Part shown: piece after piece, positions 30,453-38,333 of the stretch
Numbering within the stretch: the stretch's first letter is position 1
Layout of the letters: the number at the start of each line of letters is the position of its first letter
Source: Candidatus Omnitrophota bacterium
GTDB taxonomy: Bacteria; Omnitrophota; Gorgyraeia; JABMRG01
Length of the DNA: 55,558 bases
Direction: 5' to 3'
Assembly: GCA_043823785.1 (NCBI GenBank)
Contig: JBDRAM010000132.1
Coordinates: 1 to 55,558, forward strand
The notes under the pieces: generated by a model
Database searches by the model: none
What the model was told of the DNA's origin: nothing
The model's input: only the letters and a program-made list of their open reading frames with translations
Translations under genes and position numbers: made by a program

Positions 30453-31790
30453 CTATTTTCCCGTGTTTTTTAATCTTTTGTCCATAGCCCAAACAGCATA
30501 CTGGATTGTAGGTATAGCTATCGGTATAACGTGGCGCATATAAACAGAAGCAACTATATACGGGAGGCTGTAAAATAATATAAAACTCAAGTAAAGGGAC
30601 GCTATTATAGACTCCTCGTTTCTGCAAAATATATTTTTAAAACCGCCGCGGAATAACACGGCCAAGGCATGGAAAATAGATGCCCATAGAATTAGGCGGA
30701 ACAATAACATATACGATGTTCCGGCATATTCTATGGTTTTTGCAAAAGGCAGCTTTCCCGGACTATTTATACGGTTGTTTATTTGGATAAAAAACGCGTA
30801 GAACCTTGCCGCGAATAACTTTAAAGCCGTTAAAGGGTTATTTGTTATAAATTCTATAGCTTTATCCGTATAATATTTATTGTAAGCCCACTCGTCCGGT
30901 AATTCCACGGGACAGTATATTTTATCTACAAGTACATCCAGGGTTTCGAAGTCCGGATCGGCATAAACAGACAGGCTGGATTCATTGTTTCCGGCATAAA
31001 AAGTAAAGCCGCTATATGAGGAGAATATTGTGAATTTTCCCGAACTGTGGAGATTAAACAGGCCCCATGAAAGAAAGGCCAGCGCTAAGCTGCATATGAA
31101 TACGTATAAAATTTTACGATTTCTGGTTATTATGTAATAAAAGAAACAGAAAAGTATGCATAGGGGGATCATGCTGGTTTTTGCCAGAAACAAAAGAGCG
31201 TTTGCGATCGAGAGCCATATAAAGAGCTGTTTATTCACGATCTTTTTGCTTAACAGCAAGCAATTAAATAATAGCGAAACCAAAGGTATCAGGTAGGCTT
31301 CCTCTGTGTATAAAGTAAAATTCTGCAATATAAAATGCGGGAAGGAGAGGATAAAGATATATGCGCCCACGACTAAATATTTTCTATCCTTATATTGCCG
31401 CAGCATGCTATATATACATATCCATATCAAAGAAGATAAAATCAGGTTTTTTGCTATGGAGACAAACAGTACGTTGTTATATACGAAGGCCAGAGCCGCT
31501 AAAAAGAACGGGACAAACGGCATTCTGTGCCCGCTGAAACAAAGATTCTGGCCCGGATGCTGGAGATATTGCACCCCGCACACCCTATAGGCCCCTTCCT
31601 TAACTATGCTTTTTACAAGAGGCCCAAACCCGTAACTTATATCAAATATGCCTATACCTTGGCCGCGGAACTGGTATGAGTAGATAACCAGACTGCATAC
31701 TATTGTATAAAAGATAAAGGCGGCGAAAAAAAGGATCTTAAATTTTTTCGAAGACAAGAAAGCCTGATAAGATTCTTGTGGTTTAGGCAT
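30453..31790 (-). CDS. Polytopic membrane protein (GT-C/ArnT-like glycosyltransferase or ligase-like)
   Basis: 445 aa with at least 10 hydrophobic helices and no secure motif. The call rests on topology and context only. Confidence 0.35.
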   Translation of the reverse strand: MPKPQESYQAFLSSKKFKILFFAAFIFYTIVCSLVIYSYQFRGQGIGIFDISYGFGPLVKSIVKEGAYRVCGVQYLQHPGQNLCFSGHRMPFVPFFLAALAFVYNNVLFVSIAKNLILSSLIWICIYSMLRQYKDRKYLVVGAYIFILSFPHFILQNFTLYTEEAYLIPLVSLLFNCLLLSKKIVNKQLFIWLSIANALLFLAKTSMIPLCILFCFFYYIITRNRKILYVFICSLALAFLSWGLFNLHSSGKFTIFSSYSGFTFYAGNNESSLSVYADPDFETLDVLVDKIYCPVELPDEWAYNKYYTDKAIEFITNNPLTALKLFAARFYAFFIQINNRINSPGKLPFAKTIEYAGTSYMLLFRLILWASIFHALAVLFRGGFKNIFCRNEESIIASLYLSFILFYSLPYIVASVYMRHVIPIAIPTIQYAVWAMDKRLKNTGK

Positions 31791-31834
31791 GTTATGGTGG
31801 CACCTTTCCTATAATTGTAATCGTTTCCGCTGTG

Positions 31835-32911
31835 TTAGTAAAGCTTCATTTTTTTAAGTAACTGTATAAAACCATCTAAGTCGACTATGTTATCATAGTA
31901 TTTTTTATCACGTATTTTGCATATAAGAAGGCCATAATTAAATCCAAATATCCTGGATATGCAAAAGTAGCTTGGGCTGTCATAATCTTTCGGAAATAAC
32001 TCGACAATAGATATATTATTGGAAAAAAGGATGTTGGTTAAACCCGCGCCATGGGGGGCGATAACAATCTCGGCACTTGAGAACAAACGGGCCTGCTGGG
32101 TGAAACTCATATCTTCTAACATATAGGAAACAAAGCCCATAGGCCTTAGCAGTTCCATTAGTTTTGCCTCGTTTAAGATTCTTCGAGCAGGAGCCTTGCG
32201 CCGGGAAACGAAGATGCGCCTGGAATAATTTTCTGCCTCACTTTCTGCCGGAAGGTTACTCAGTATCTTATGGCGAAACCACTTACAAGCTGATGGCGAG
32301 ATGCAGTGGTGTGTCAGGTCTTTTTGTTCGGAGTATCGCCGCACCGAGGGGATTACCAGCCGCTTTACCCGGGCCCGGGTAAATTTCCACTCTACGCAAT
32401 CTTTAAGTTCATACCCCATTACTTTCAGAGATTCGACATGCCATGGCATAAGATGACTCGGCACTATAAGCAGAGGTTTACGTTTAGTGAGCTTAGAATA
32501 GTGCTCAACGCCCTCCAGCAGCATTAATCGCTCTGTTACCCAATGGTAATAACTGGCATTCATTACACCCCAGGCTATTAGAGAAACCGCTGTTCCCAGT
32601 TCCACCTGAGGCGGCAGTAGGTTATCTATAGGAAGCAGGGGAGGTTGTTTGCGATATACCAATGTTTCGTAAATAAGTTCATTTTTAGCGGTATAGCCGA
32701 TCGCTTCCCGGCCCAACAACTTGGCATCAGATACCTCACAGACAAAGGGCCTTTCTAAGATGTGCGGGTTTAGGGCGGTTTTAATACGGATAGGAAGACG
32801 TTCGTCTATTGTTATCGGCCTTTGATGGCTGAAATATTCTTCAGAGCCGAAAAAATAAACATGCTCCGGCTCCAGGCTGGCAAGAAGGTCTTTTCTGAAT
32901 AGGCTCTTCAT
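31835..32911 (-). CDS. Glycosyltransferase family 61 / DUF563
   Basis: 358 aa. The block IVIAPHGAGLTNILF is characteristic of DUF563/GT61. Confidence 0.7.
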   Translation of the reverse strand: MKSLFRKDLLASLEPEHVYFFGSEEYFSHQRPITIDERLPIRIKTALNPHILERPFVCEVSDAKLLGREAIGYTAKNELIYETLVYRKQPPLLPIDNLLPPQVELGTAVSLIAWGVMNASYYHWVTERLMLLEGVEHYSKLTKRKPLLIVPSHLMPWHVESLKVMGYELKDCVEWKFTRARVKRLVIPSVRRYSEQKDLTHHCISPSACKWFRHKILSNLPAESEAENYSRRIFVSRRKAPARRILNEAKLMELLRPMGFVSYMLEDMSFTQQARLFSSAEIVIAPHGAGLTNILFSNNISIVELFPKDYDSPSYFCISRIFGFNYGLLICKIRDKKYYDNIVDLDGFIQLLKKMKLY

Positions 32912-33086
32912 TTAGATTATAGAAATAATTATCATATTATAATAATTGTACTTTGTACTAAACATAATAATATATTAATACGCGGCAGATAGAATGTCAA
33001 GGTTTTGAAACTTAAACTATGTATTTTTTATAAAATACTTGAATTTTTGTGGATAGTATGTTATTTTATTTCATCACTTAGAATGT

Positions 33087-33162
33087 GCCGAGGTAGCTCA
33101 GTTGGTAGAGCGAGGGCCTGAAAAGCCCTGCGTCACCAGTTCGATTCTGGTCTTCGGCACCA
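33087..33162 (+). tRNA. tRNA-Phe (GAA)
   Basis: 76-nt cloverleaf read by hand: acceptor GCCGAGG/CTTCGGC, D arm GCTC-AGTTGGTA-GAGC, anticodon arm AGGGC-CTGAAAA-GCCCT, T arm ACCAG-TTCGATT-CTGGT, discriminator A and an encoded CCA. Confidence 0.9.
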
Positions 33163-33206
33163 TTCTTTATATCCCCAAATAATAGTAGCTGCCCCGGAGT
33201 TCAGCG

Positions 33207-34475
33207 ATGAGAATAGTCTTAATAATTCCTCCTAATCCTTTTTTAGGCGATCAGAAAAGAAACTGCCCTTTGGGCATACTATACATAGCAGGCGTATTGG
33301 AAAAGGAAGGGTATCATACTGAGGCAGTCGACCTGCGCTGCCTGGAAGAAGATAAATGGCTTGAGAAGATACCTCAGGCAGATATATATGGCATTACGAC
33401 AAGCACGCCGGAATACCTTATCGCGTGCAGGGTCGCTAAGCTGGTAAAGAACAAATACAGCAACGCATGCATAGTGGTTGGCGGAGTCCATCCTACGGTT
33501 CTTCCGGATAGAATAGACCCTGTCTTTGATAAGGTCGTAGTAGGAGAAGGGGAGAGGGCTATACTTGATGTGGTCAACGATTGCAAGAATGGGGTTGAAA
33601 AAAGATTCTACCAAAGTCCTGTCATAGAGAACCTGGACGACATCCCTTTGCCCGCAAGGCACCTTTTACCTCCGGATTCTGTTATAAGCGATAAGCTTGT
33701 TGTGCCCGGAATCCCCGCAACAACTATAGTCACCTCAAGAGGATGCCCGTTCAACTGCTCTTTCTGTTCAAGCCCAAGGATGTGGGGAAGGCGTGTAAGG
33801 TTCAGAAGCGCGGATAGCGTAGTAGCGGAGATAGAGAAGATTAAAAAGGATTACGGGATAACACATTTCAGGTTCCAGGATGATGTTATGGGCGCGAACA
33901 AGAAGATATTTTTAGAAATGTTTGAAAAGATGCAGCCTCTGGGAATAAGGTGGAGGGCAAACCTGCATGTAAACGTATCAACCACAGAGCTATTAGAAGC
34001 TATGAAAAAAGCCGGGTGCTTTGAGATACACTATGGCGTAGAGACTATCTCACAGGATGTATTAGATAAAAATAACAGGGGAATGAAACTCGACGTAATA
34101 TATAAGGCAGTTGAAAATACAAAAAAGCTTGGCTTACGGGTCAGGCTGTTCTTCATAATAGGCCTTCCCTTCGAGGAGCAAGGCATAGCAGACAGGACCA
34201 TAGAATTTATCAAGAAAGTCGGGCCGGACGGAGTTGATTTATCTACCTTTATACCTTTCCCAGGCTCTGATGTATTTAATAACCCGTCTAAATACGGTAT
34301 AGAGATACTCTCCAAGGATTTTGATGATTATTATATGAGCATTGGCTTGTATATGGGTGAGAGTGAGAAAGATTTTATATGTAAGCATTCAAACTTAAGC
34401 AACGATGAGCTTAAGTTTGAGAGAAAAAAATTACTCGATTTTATAGAAAAATACAATTTAGCACTGAATAAGTAG
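33207..34475 (+). CDS. B12-binding-domain radical SAM protein
   Basis: 422 aa. N-terminal cobalamin-binding-like Rossmann (IVVGGVHPT) and radical SAM motif TSRGCPFNCSFCS. Confidence 0.85.
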   Translation: MRIVLIIPPNPFLGDQKRNCPLGILYIAGVLEKEGYHTEAVDLRCLEEDKWLEKIPQADIYGITTSTPEYLIACRVAKLVKNKYSNACIVVGGVHPTVLPDRIDPVFDKVVVGEGERAILDVVNDCKNGVEKRFYQSPVIENLDDIPLPARHLLPPDSVISDKLVVPGIPATTIVTSRGCPFNCSFCSSPRMWGRRVRFRSADSVVAEIEKIKKDYGITHFRFQDDVMGANKKIFLEMFEKMQPLGIRWRANLHVNVSTTELLEAMKKAGCFEIHYGVETISQDVLDKNNRGMKLDVIYKAVENTKKLGLRVRLFFIIGLPFEEQGIADRTIEFIKKVGPDGVDLSTFIPFPGSDVFNNPSKYGIEILSKDFDDYYMSIGLYMGESEKDFICKHSNLSNDELKFERKKLLDFIEKYNLALNK

Positions 34476-34488
34476 TATATATAAAAAG

Positions 34489-34969
34489 GCTGGCGTGGCT
34501 TCCTCCTTCGCACTTACTACTGGTTTGCAACTGTAGTGCTACGGAGGACGGGACGCCACGCCGTAAAAGATGAAGCGAGCTGGCGTGGCTTAAATGAGCA
34601 CATAACTTAGCGAGCAAAGCGAAGCTAAGTTATAAGTGCGAATTTATCCTGAGGACACAAAGTGTCCGAAGGATCTTTGATAGGTGCCTGTAATAACAAT
34701 TGATAACTAGAGACACTTCGGTTGCTAAAATGCTCCCAAGGGTTGCATTTTTGACGCAACCTCAGTGTCAAATTTGCACACAAATTTGAGCTGGCGTGGC
34801 TTCCTCCTTCGCACTTACTGCTGGTTTGCAACTGTAGTGCTGCGGCGGACGGGACGCCACGCCGTAAAAGATGAAGCGAGCTGGCGTGGCTTCCTCCTTC
34901 GCACTTACTACTGGTTTGCAACTGTAGTGCTGCGGAGGACGGGACGCCACGCCGTAAAAGATGAAGCGA
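34489..34969 (+). repeat. 90-bp tandem array; each unit starts with nt 1-12 of tRNA-Thr
   Basis: Full units lie at 34489-34578, 34790-34879 and 34880-34969, with 1-3 substitutions between copies. A bare 12-mer GCTGGCGTGGCT lies at 34579-34590. The array is interrupted by a 199-bp insert and runs straight into the intact tRNA at 34970. Confidence 0.9.
34591..34789 (+). other. 199-bp hairpin-rich insert inside the tandem array
   Basis: It is flanked on both sides by the 12-mer GCTGGCGTGGCT. It contains hairpins at 34598-34639 (ATAACTTAGC/GCTAAGTTAT), 34646-34674 (ATCCT-GA-GGACAC-AAA-GTGTCC-GA-AGGAT) and GGTTGC/GCAACC, plus twin palindromes CAAATTTG. Confidence 0.7.
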
Positions 34970-35044
34970 GCTGGCGTGGCTCAACGGTAGAGCAGCGCAT
35001 TCGTAATGCGCAGGTTGGTGGTTCGATTCCACTCGCCAGCTCCA
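34970..35044 (+). tRNA. tRNA-Thr (CGT)
   Basis: 75-nt cloverleaf: acceptor GCTGGCG/CGCCAGC, D arm GCTC-AACGGTA-GAGC, anticodon arm GCGCA-TTCGTAA-TGCGC, variable AGGTT, T arm GGTGG-TTCGATT-CCACT, discriminator T and an encoded CCA. Confidence 0.9.
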
Positions 35045-35178
35045 TCCGCCTTCGCCCTTGTTACTCGGATGCCACTGTAGGGCTTCTGCGGATAAGTCCT
35101 CCGAAGCATTACAGTAGTTTACCAGTATAAAATGCGAAGGAGGACAGGTTGGTGGTTCGATTCCACTCGCCAGCTCCA
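35045..35178 (+). repeat. 100-nt TIR-bounded hairpin element followed by an exact 34-nt orphan copy of the tRNA-Thr 3' end
   Basis: 35145-35178 is identical to 35011-35044 (CAGGTTGGTGGTTCGATTCCACTCGCCAGCTCCA). The element at 35045-35144 is closed by TCCGCCTTCGC/GCGAAGGAGGA. An inner hairpin lies at 35074-35115. Confidence 0.85.
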
Positions 35179-35300
35179 TGTTCAGTTCATCTGTTCAACG
35201 GTTCGTCGGTTCGGTGGTTTATAATTTTGACTGTTGAACGCGTAGTACAAGGCGGATTTTTTAACAGATGAACAGACGAACAGCAGAACTATTTTTTATT

Positions 35301-36578
35301 ATGTCAAAACTAAGAGCAGTTCTAAAAGAGCCGAATTTTTTTCTTCTCTGGCTGGGCCAGCTCATATCCCAGTTTGGCGATAAGTTTACCCAGATGGCAC
35401 TGGTAGGCCTTGTTTATAAAAAAGCGCCGGGTTCTACTCTTGAATTAGCAAAGCTATTTATATTTGTCATTGTCCCGGTTTTTATAGTAGGCCCTTTGGC
35501 AGGAGCCTATTCAGATAGGTGGAGCAGGAAATATACTATGATAGTTTCCGATGCTATCAGGGGCGGCCTTGTTCTTTTGATAGTGCTATACTGGGCTTTT
35601 GTGCCTACGCTTCAGCCTATATTTCCTATATATATAATTGTCTTTATAATTTTTTCTGTTACACGCTTTTATGTACCGTCTAAAATGTCTATAATACCTG
35701 ACATGGTTGATCCTGACAAACTGCTTGAAGCAAACTCATTAATACACACAACCGGTATGGTAGCGGCGGCCCTTGGTTTTGGCATAGGAGGCATTATAAT
35801 ATCATTGCCGTCCATAGGCGTTAAAGGCGGCCTTCTTATAGATGCTGCCACCTTTTTTGTATCTGCCCTGCTGCTTATCTTCATAAGGGTAAGGAAACGG
35901 GAACCAAAGATAACAGAGGCCATATCAGTACTGGGCAAGCGCCTAAAGGAGGTCATGGCGAAGTCGGTTTTTGGTGAGATAAAAGATGGCCTGATGTATC
36001 TCTTTTCTCACAGGAAGATGCATTTTGTAATAGCGCTTCTATTTCTTTTATGGAGTGGTGTAGGGGCGAGCCACGTGGTTATAATAGTTTTTATACAGCA
36101 GGCCTTAGCAAGCATAACCAGAGACCTTGGCCTTCTTATAATGTTTTTTTCTATCGGACTTTTCTGCGGGTCCATAGTTTACGGCAAGTTTGGCCAAAGG
36201 TTATCCAAGGCAAGGGCAATATTTTTAAGCCTTATCCTGGGAGGGTTTTTATTAATAGGGTTTGTGGTCATCTTAAACATGCATGCTAATTTTCATTCAG
36301 CGTCTATGATAACCTTTCTTTTTGGCTGCTCGCTGTCTCCTATAATGATATCCTCTAATACGATTGTCCATGAGCTTATACCGGCCGAGCTGAGGGGGAG
36401 GGTATTTTCTTCTCTTGAGGCTGTTATGCATCTGGCATACCTGATATTTATGGTAGCTTCCGCCATGTTAGCGGAAGTGATAAATAATTTTTATATACTG
36501 CTTGCGATAGGAATAATATTTATATGCTCAGGTATATTTGGTATTAAAAAGATACCTTCGGCAAGGAGCTATTCATAA
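35301..36578 (+). CDS. MFS transporter
   Basis: About 425 aa from ATG 35301 (the track ORF starts at 35268), with about 12 TM helices. The N-terminus LWLGQLISQFGDKFTQMALV is typical of MFS efflux/EntS-like proteins. Confidence 0.8.
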   Translation: MSKLRAVLKEPNFFLLWLGQLISQFGDKFTQMALVGLVYKKAPGSTLELAKLFIFVIVPVFIVGPLAGAYSDRWSRKYTMIVSDAIRGGLVLLIVLYWAFVPTLQPIFPIYIIVFIIFSVTRFYVPSKMSIIPDMVDPDKLLEANSLIHTTGMVAAALGFGIGGIIISLPSIGVKGGLLIDAATFFVSALLLIFIRVRKREPKITEAISVLGKRLKEVMAKSVFGEIKDGLMYLFSHRKMHFVIALLFLLWSGVGASHVVIIVFIQQALASITRDLGLLIMFFSIGLFCGSIVYGKFGQRLSKARAIFLSLILGGFLLIGFVVILNMHANFHSASMITFLFGCSLSPIMISSNTIVHELIPAELRGRVFSSLEAVMHLAYLIFMVASAMLAEVINNFYILLAIGIIFICSGIFGIKKIPSARSYS

Positions 36579-36594
36579 TGATGAGGGAACCTTT

Positions 36595-37935
36595 ATGAGT
36601 AAAAAGACTTTTAAGGGAGGCATACACCCCCTTTATTTTAAGGAGTTGAGCAAGGCTTCACCCATACGCAGGCTAAACCCTCCGTCTGAAGTTGCCATAC
36701 CTTTGATCCAGCACACCGGAGCTCCCTGCCTTCCAAAAGTAAATAAAGGAGATGAAGTAAAGGCAGGGACTTGTATAGGTGAAAGCGATAAGTTTATATC
36801 ATCTCCCATACATTCTTCATTATCCGGCAAAGTCAAAACCATAAAGAGAGTACCGCACCCGGTATTAGGCAGTTGCGATGCCGTAGTAATAGAATCTGAT
36901 GGAAAAGATGAGAAAGAGAGCAGCTTAAATGGGTCATTGAAGGATGCGGAACAATTAAGCGCTGATGAGATAATCAGGTTTGTAAAAGACGCAGGTATAG
37001 TGGGTTTAGGCGGTGCTGCTTTTCCTACCCATGTGAAACTTAAGCCTCCCGCGGAGAAGAGCATAGACACCTTTATATTAAATGGCGCGGAATGTGAACC
37101 GTATCTTACGTGCGATGAAAGGGTCATGATAGAGAAGCCGGATGAGGTTATAAAGGGCGCGGTTCTTATGATGAAGGCGTTGGGTTTAAAAAGGGGCATA
37201 ATAGCTATAGAAGATAACAAGCCCGAAGCTATAAAGGCTATACGTAAAGCCCTAAACGACATACGACATGCGAAATGCGATATGCGAACCGTAGTTTTGC
37301 ATACAAAATATCCTCAAGGAGGAGAGAAGCAACTCATAAAAGCTCTCCTTAATAGAGAGGTTCCCCATGGCGGACTGCCATTTGATGTTGGCTGCATAGT
37401 AGATAATATACAGACAGCATATGCGGTATATGAAGCAATATACCAGGGAAAGCCTTTATATGAGAGAGTTATTACTGTCACAGGGGACGCTGTCAGCAAT
37501 CCATCCAATCTTTTGGTAAGAATAGGCACCCCGCTCTCTTACATTATAGATAACTGCGGTGGATTTAAAAGTGATCCATCCAAGATTATAATGGGAGGGC
37601 CGATGATGGGGTTGGCGCAGTTTAGCAATGATACCCCGGTTATAAAGGGCACTTCAGGCGTGCTTATATTAAGTGAAAAACAGGCGCGGCAGAGAATGTC
37701 GCAATATTGCATAAGGTGCGGAAAATGTATTGAGGCCTGCCCCCTGAACCTCGTGCCTACGGATATAGCAAGGGCTGCCGAATATGAAAATTTTGATATG
37801 GCAAATGAACTTTATGCCAAAGACTGCATGGAGTGCGGCGCGTGCGCATATTCCTGCCCCTCAAATATAGAATTAGTGCAGTTGATTAAACACGCGAAAA
37901 ACATCCTATTAAGGAGAGAAAGGAAGGATGTTTGA
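36595..37935 (+). CDS. rnfC: Rnf electron-transport complex subunit C
   Basis: Start set at ATG 36595, preceded by GAGGGA. It has the N-terminus TFKGGIHP and two 4Fe-4S motifs, CIRCGKCIEACP and CMECGACAYSCP. It heads an rnfCDGEAB gene order. Confidence 0.9.
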   Translation: MSKKTFKGGIHPLYFKELSKASPIRRLNPPSEVAIPLIQHTGAPCLPKVNKGDEVKAGTCIGESDKFISSPIHSSLSGKVKTIKRVPHPVLGSCDAVVIESDGKDEKESSLNGSLKDAEQLSADEIIRFVKDAGIVGLGGAAFPTHVKLKPPAEKSIDTFILNGAECEPYLTCDERVMIEKPDEVIKGAVLMMKALGLKRGIIAIEDNKPEAIKAIRKALNDIRHAKCDMRTVVLHTKYPQGGEKQLIKALLNREVPHGGLPFDVGCIVDNIQTAYAVYEAIYQGKPLYERVITVTGDAVSNPSNLLVRIGTPLSYIIDNCGGFKSDPSKIIMGGPMMGLAQFSNDTPVIKGTSGVLILSEKQARQRMSQYCIRCGKCIEACPLNLVPTDIARAAEYENFDMANELYAKDCMECGACAYSCPSNIELVQLIKHAKNILLRRERKDV

Positions 37936-37940
37936 TTCCA

Positions 37941-38333
37941 ATGATTAAAAAAAAGATTACAGAGATTAAAGAAAGAGATTCTTTGACTGAAAAAATAATA
38001 GGCTGTTCCTATAAAGTGCATAGCGAGCTAGGGCCAGGTTTTAATGAAGGCATATATCACAATGCTTTAAAGATAGTATTGCAAGAGCAAGGGTTAAAAT
38101 ACCAAAGCGAAAAAAGTTTTGATGTTAGGTATCAAGACAAAGATGTCGGTAGGTTTAGAGTAGATTTAATTATAGAAAACAATGTTATAGTCGAGGTAAA
38201 GGCAATAGCAGGGAATATGCCTATTGTATTTGAAAAGCAGGTCTTGTCATATCTGAAAGCATCAGGATATAAGACAGGACTCTTAATAAATTTTGGTAAT
38301 AAAAGTTGTCAAGTAAGGAGATTAATGTTTTAA
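37941..38333 (+). CDS. GxxExxY protein (PD-(D/E)XK nuclease-fold, PDDEXK_3-like)
   Basis: About 130 aa. It has the eponymous motif GFNEGIY, then D...VEVK (RVDLIIENNVIVEVKA) and a C-terminal GLLINFG. It is inserted between rnfC and rnfD. Confidence 0.8.
   Translation: MIKKKITEIKERDSLTEKIIGCSYKVHSELGPGFNEGIYHNALKIVLQEQGLKYQSEKSFDVRYQDKDVGRFRVDLIIENNVIVEVKAIAGNMPIVFEKQVLSYLKASGYKTGLLINFGNKSCQVRRLMF

Noticed and set aside
33030-33086. A tRNA-Phe promoter (TTGAAT ... TATTTT) in the AT-rich divergent spacer.
   Set aside because: The spacer is so AT-rich that many near-consensus hexamers occur, and I cannot single out one without TSS data.
34489-34969. A type III toxin-antitoxin antitoxin RNA (ToxI-like tandem repeats).
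   Set aside because: Known ToxI-type repeats are about 34-40 nt and lie directly upstream of a toxN-family endoribonuclease gene. Here the period is 90 nt, and the next genes are a tRNA and an MFS transporter.
34489-34969. A diversity-generating retroelement TR/VR pair, because all three variable positions among the units have an A allele (A/G, A/G, A/C).
   Set aside because: There are only three variable sites. There is no reverse transcriptase or accessory gene in the window. The repeats are not in the 3' end of a plausible target gene. A/G transitions are the commonest substitution anyway.
34489-35044. A CRISPR array, given the regularly spaced 12-mer GCTGGCGTGGCT.
   Set aside because: The 78-nt sequences between the 12-mers are near-identical to each other, so there are no unique spacers. 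The repeat is a tRNA fragment and no cas genes are present. It is a tandem duplication, not a repeat-spacer array.
34625-35179. A 184-aa minus-strand ORF and a 121-aa plus-strand ORF (34765-35130) with 30-aa internal repeats.
   Set aside because: Both run through the tRNA-Thr gene and exist only because the 90-bp (3x30) GC-rich repeat lacks stops in several frames. Open frames on both strands, no start context and no recognisable protein features all argue against them.
33000-35300. A prophage or integrative island anchored at tRNA-Phe, tRNA-Thr or tRNA-Met.
   Set aside because: No integrase, excisionase, phage or conjugation genes occur anywhere in the window. The tRNA 3'-end duplicates enclose only 100-210 bp, so at most they are remnants or miniature elements.
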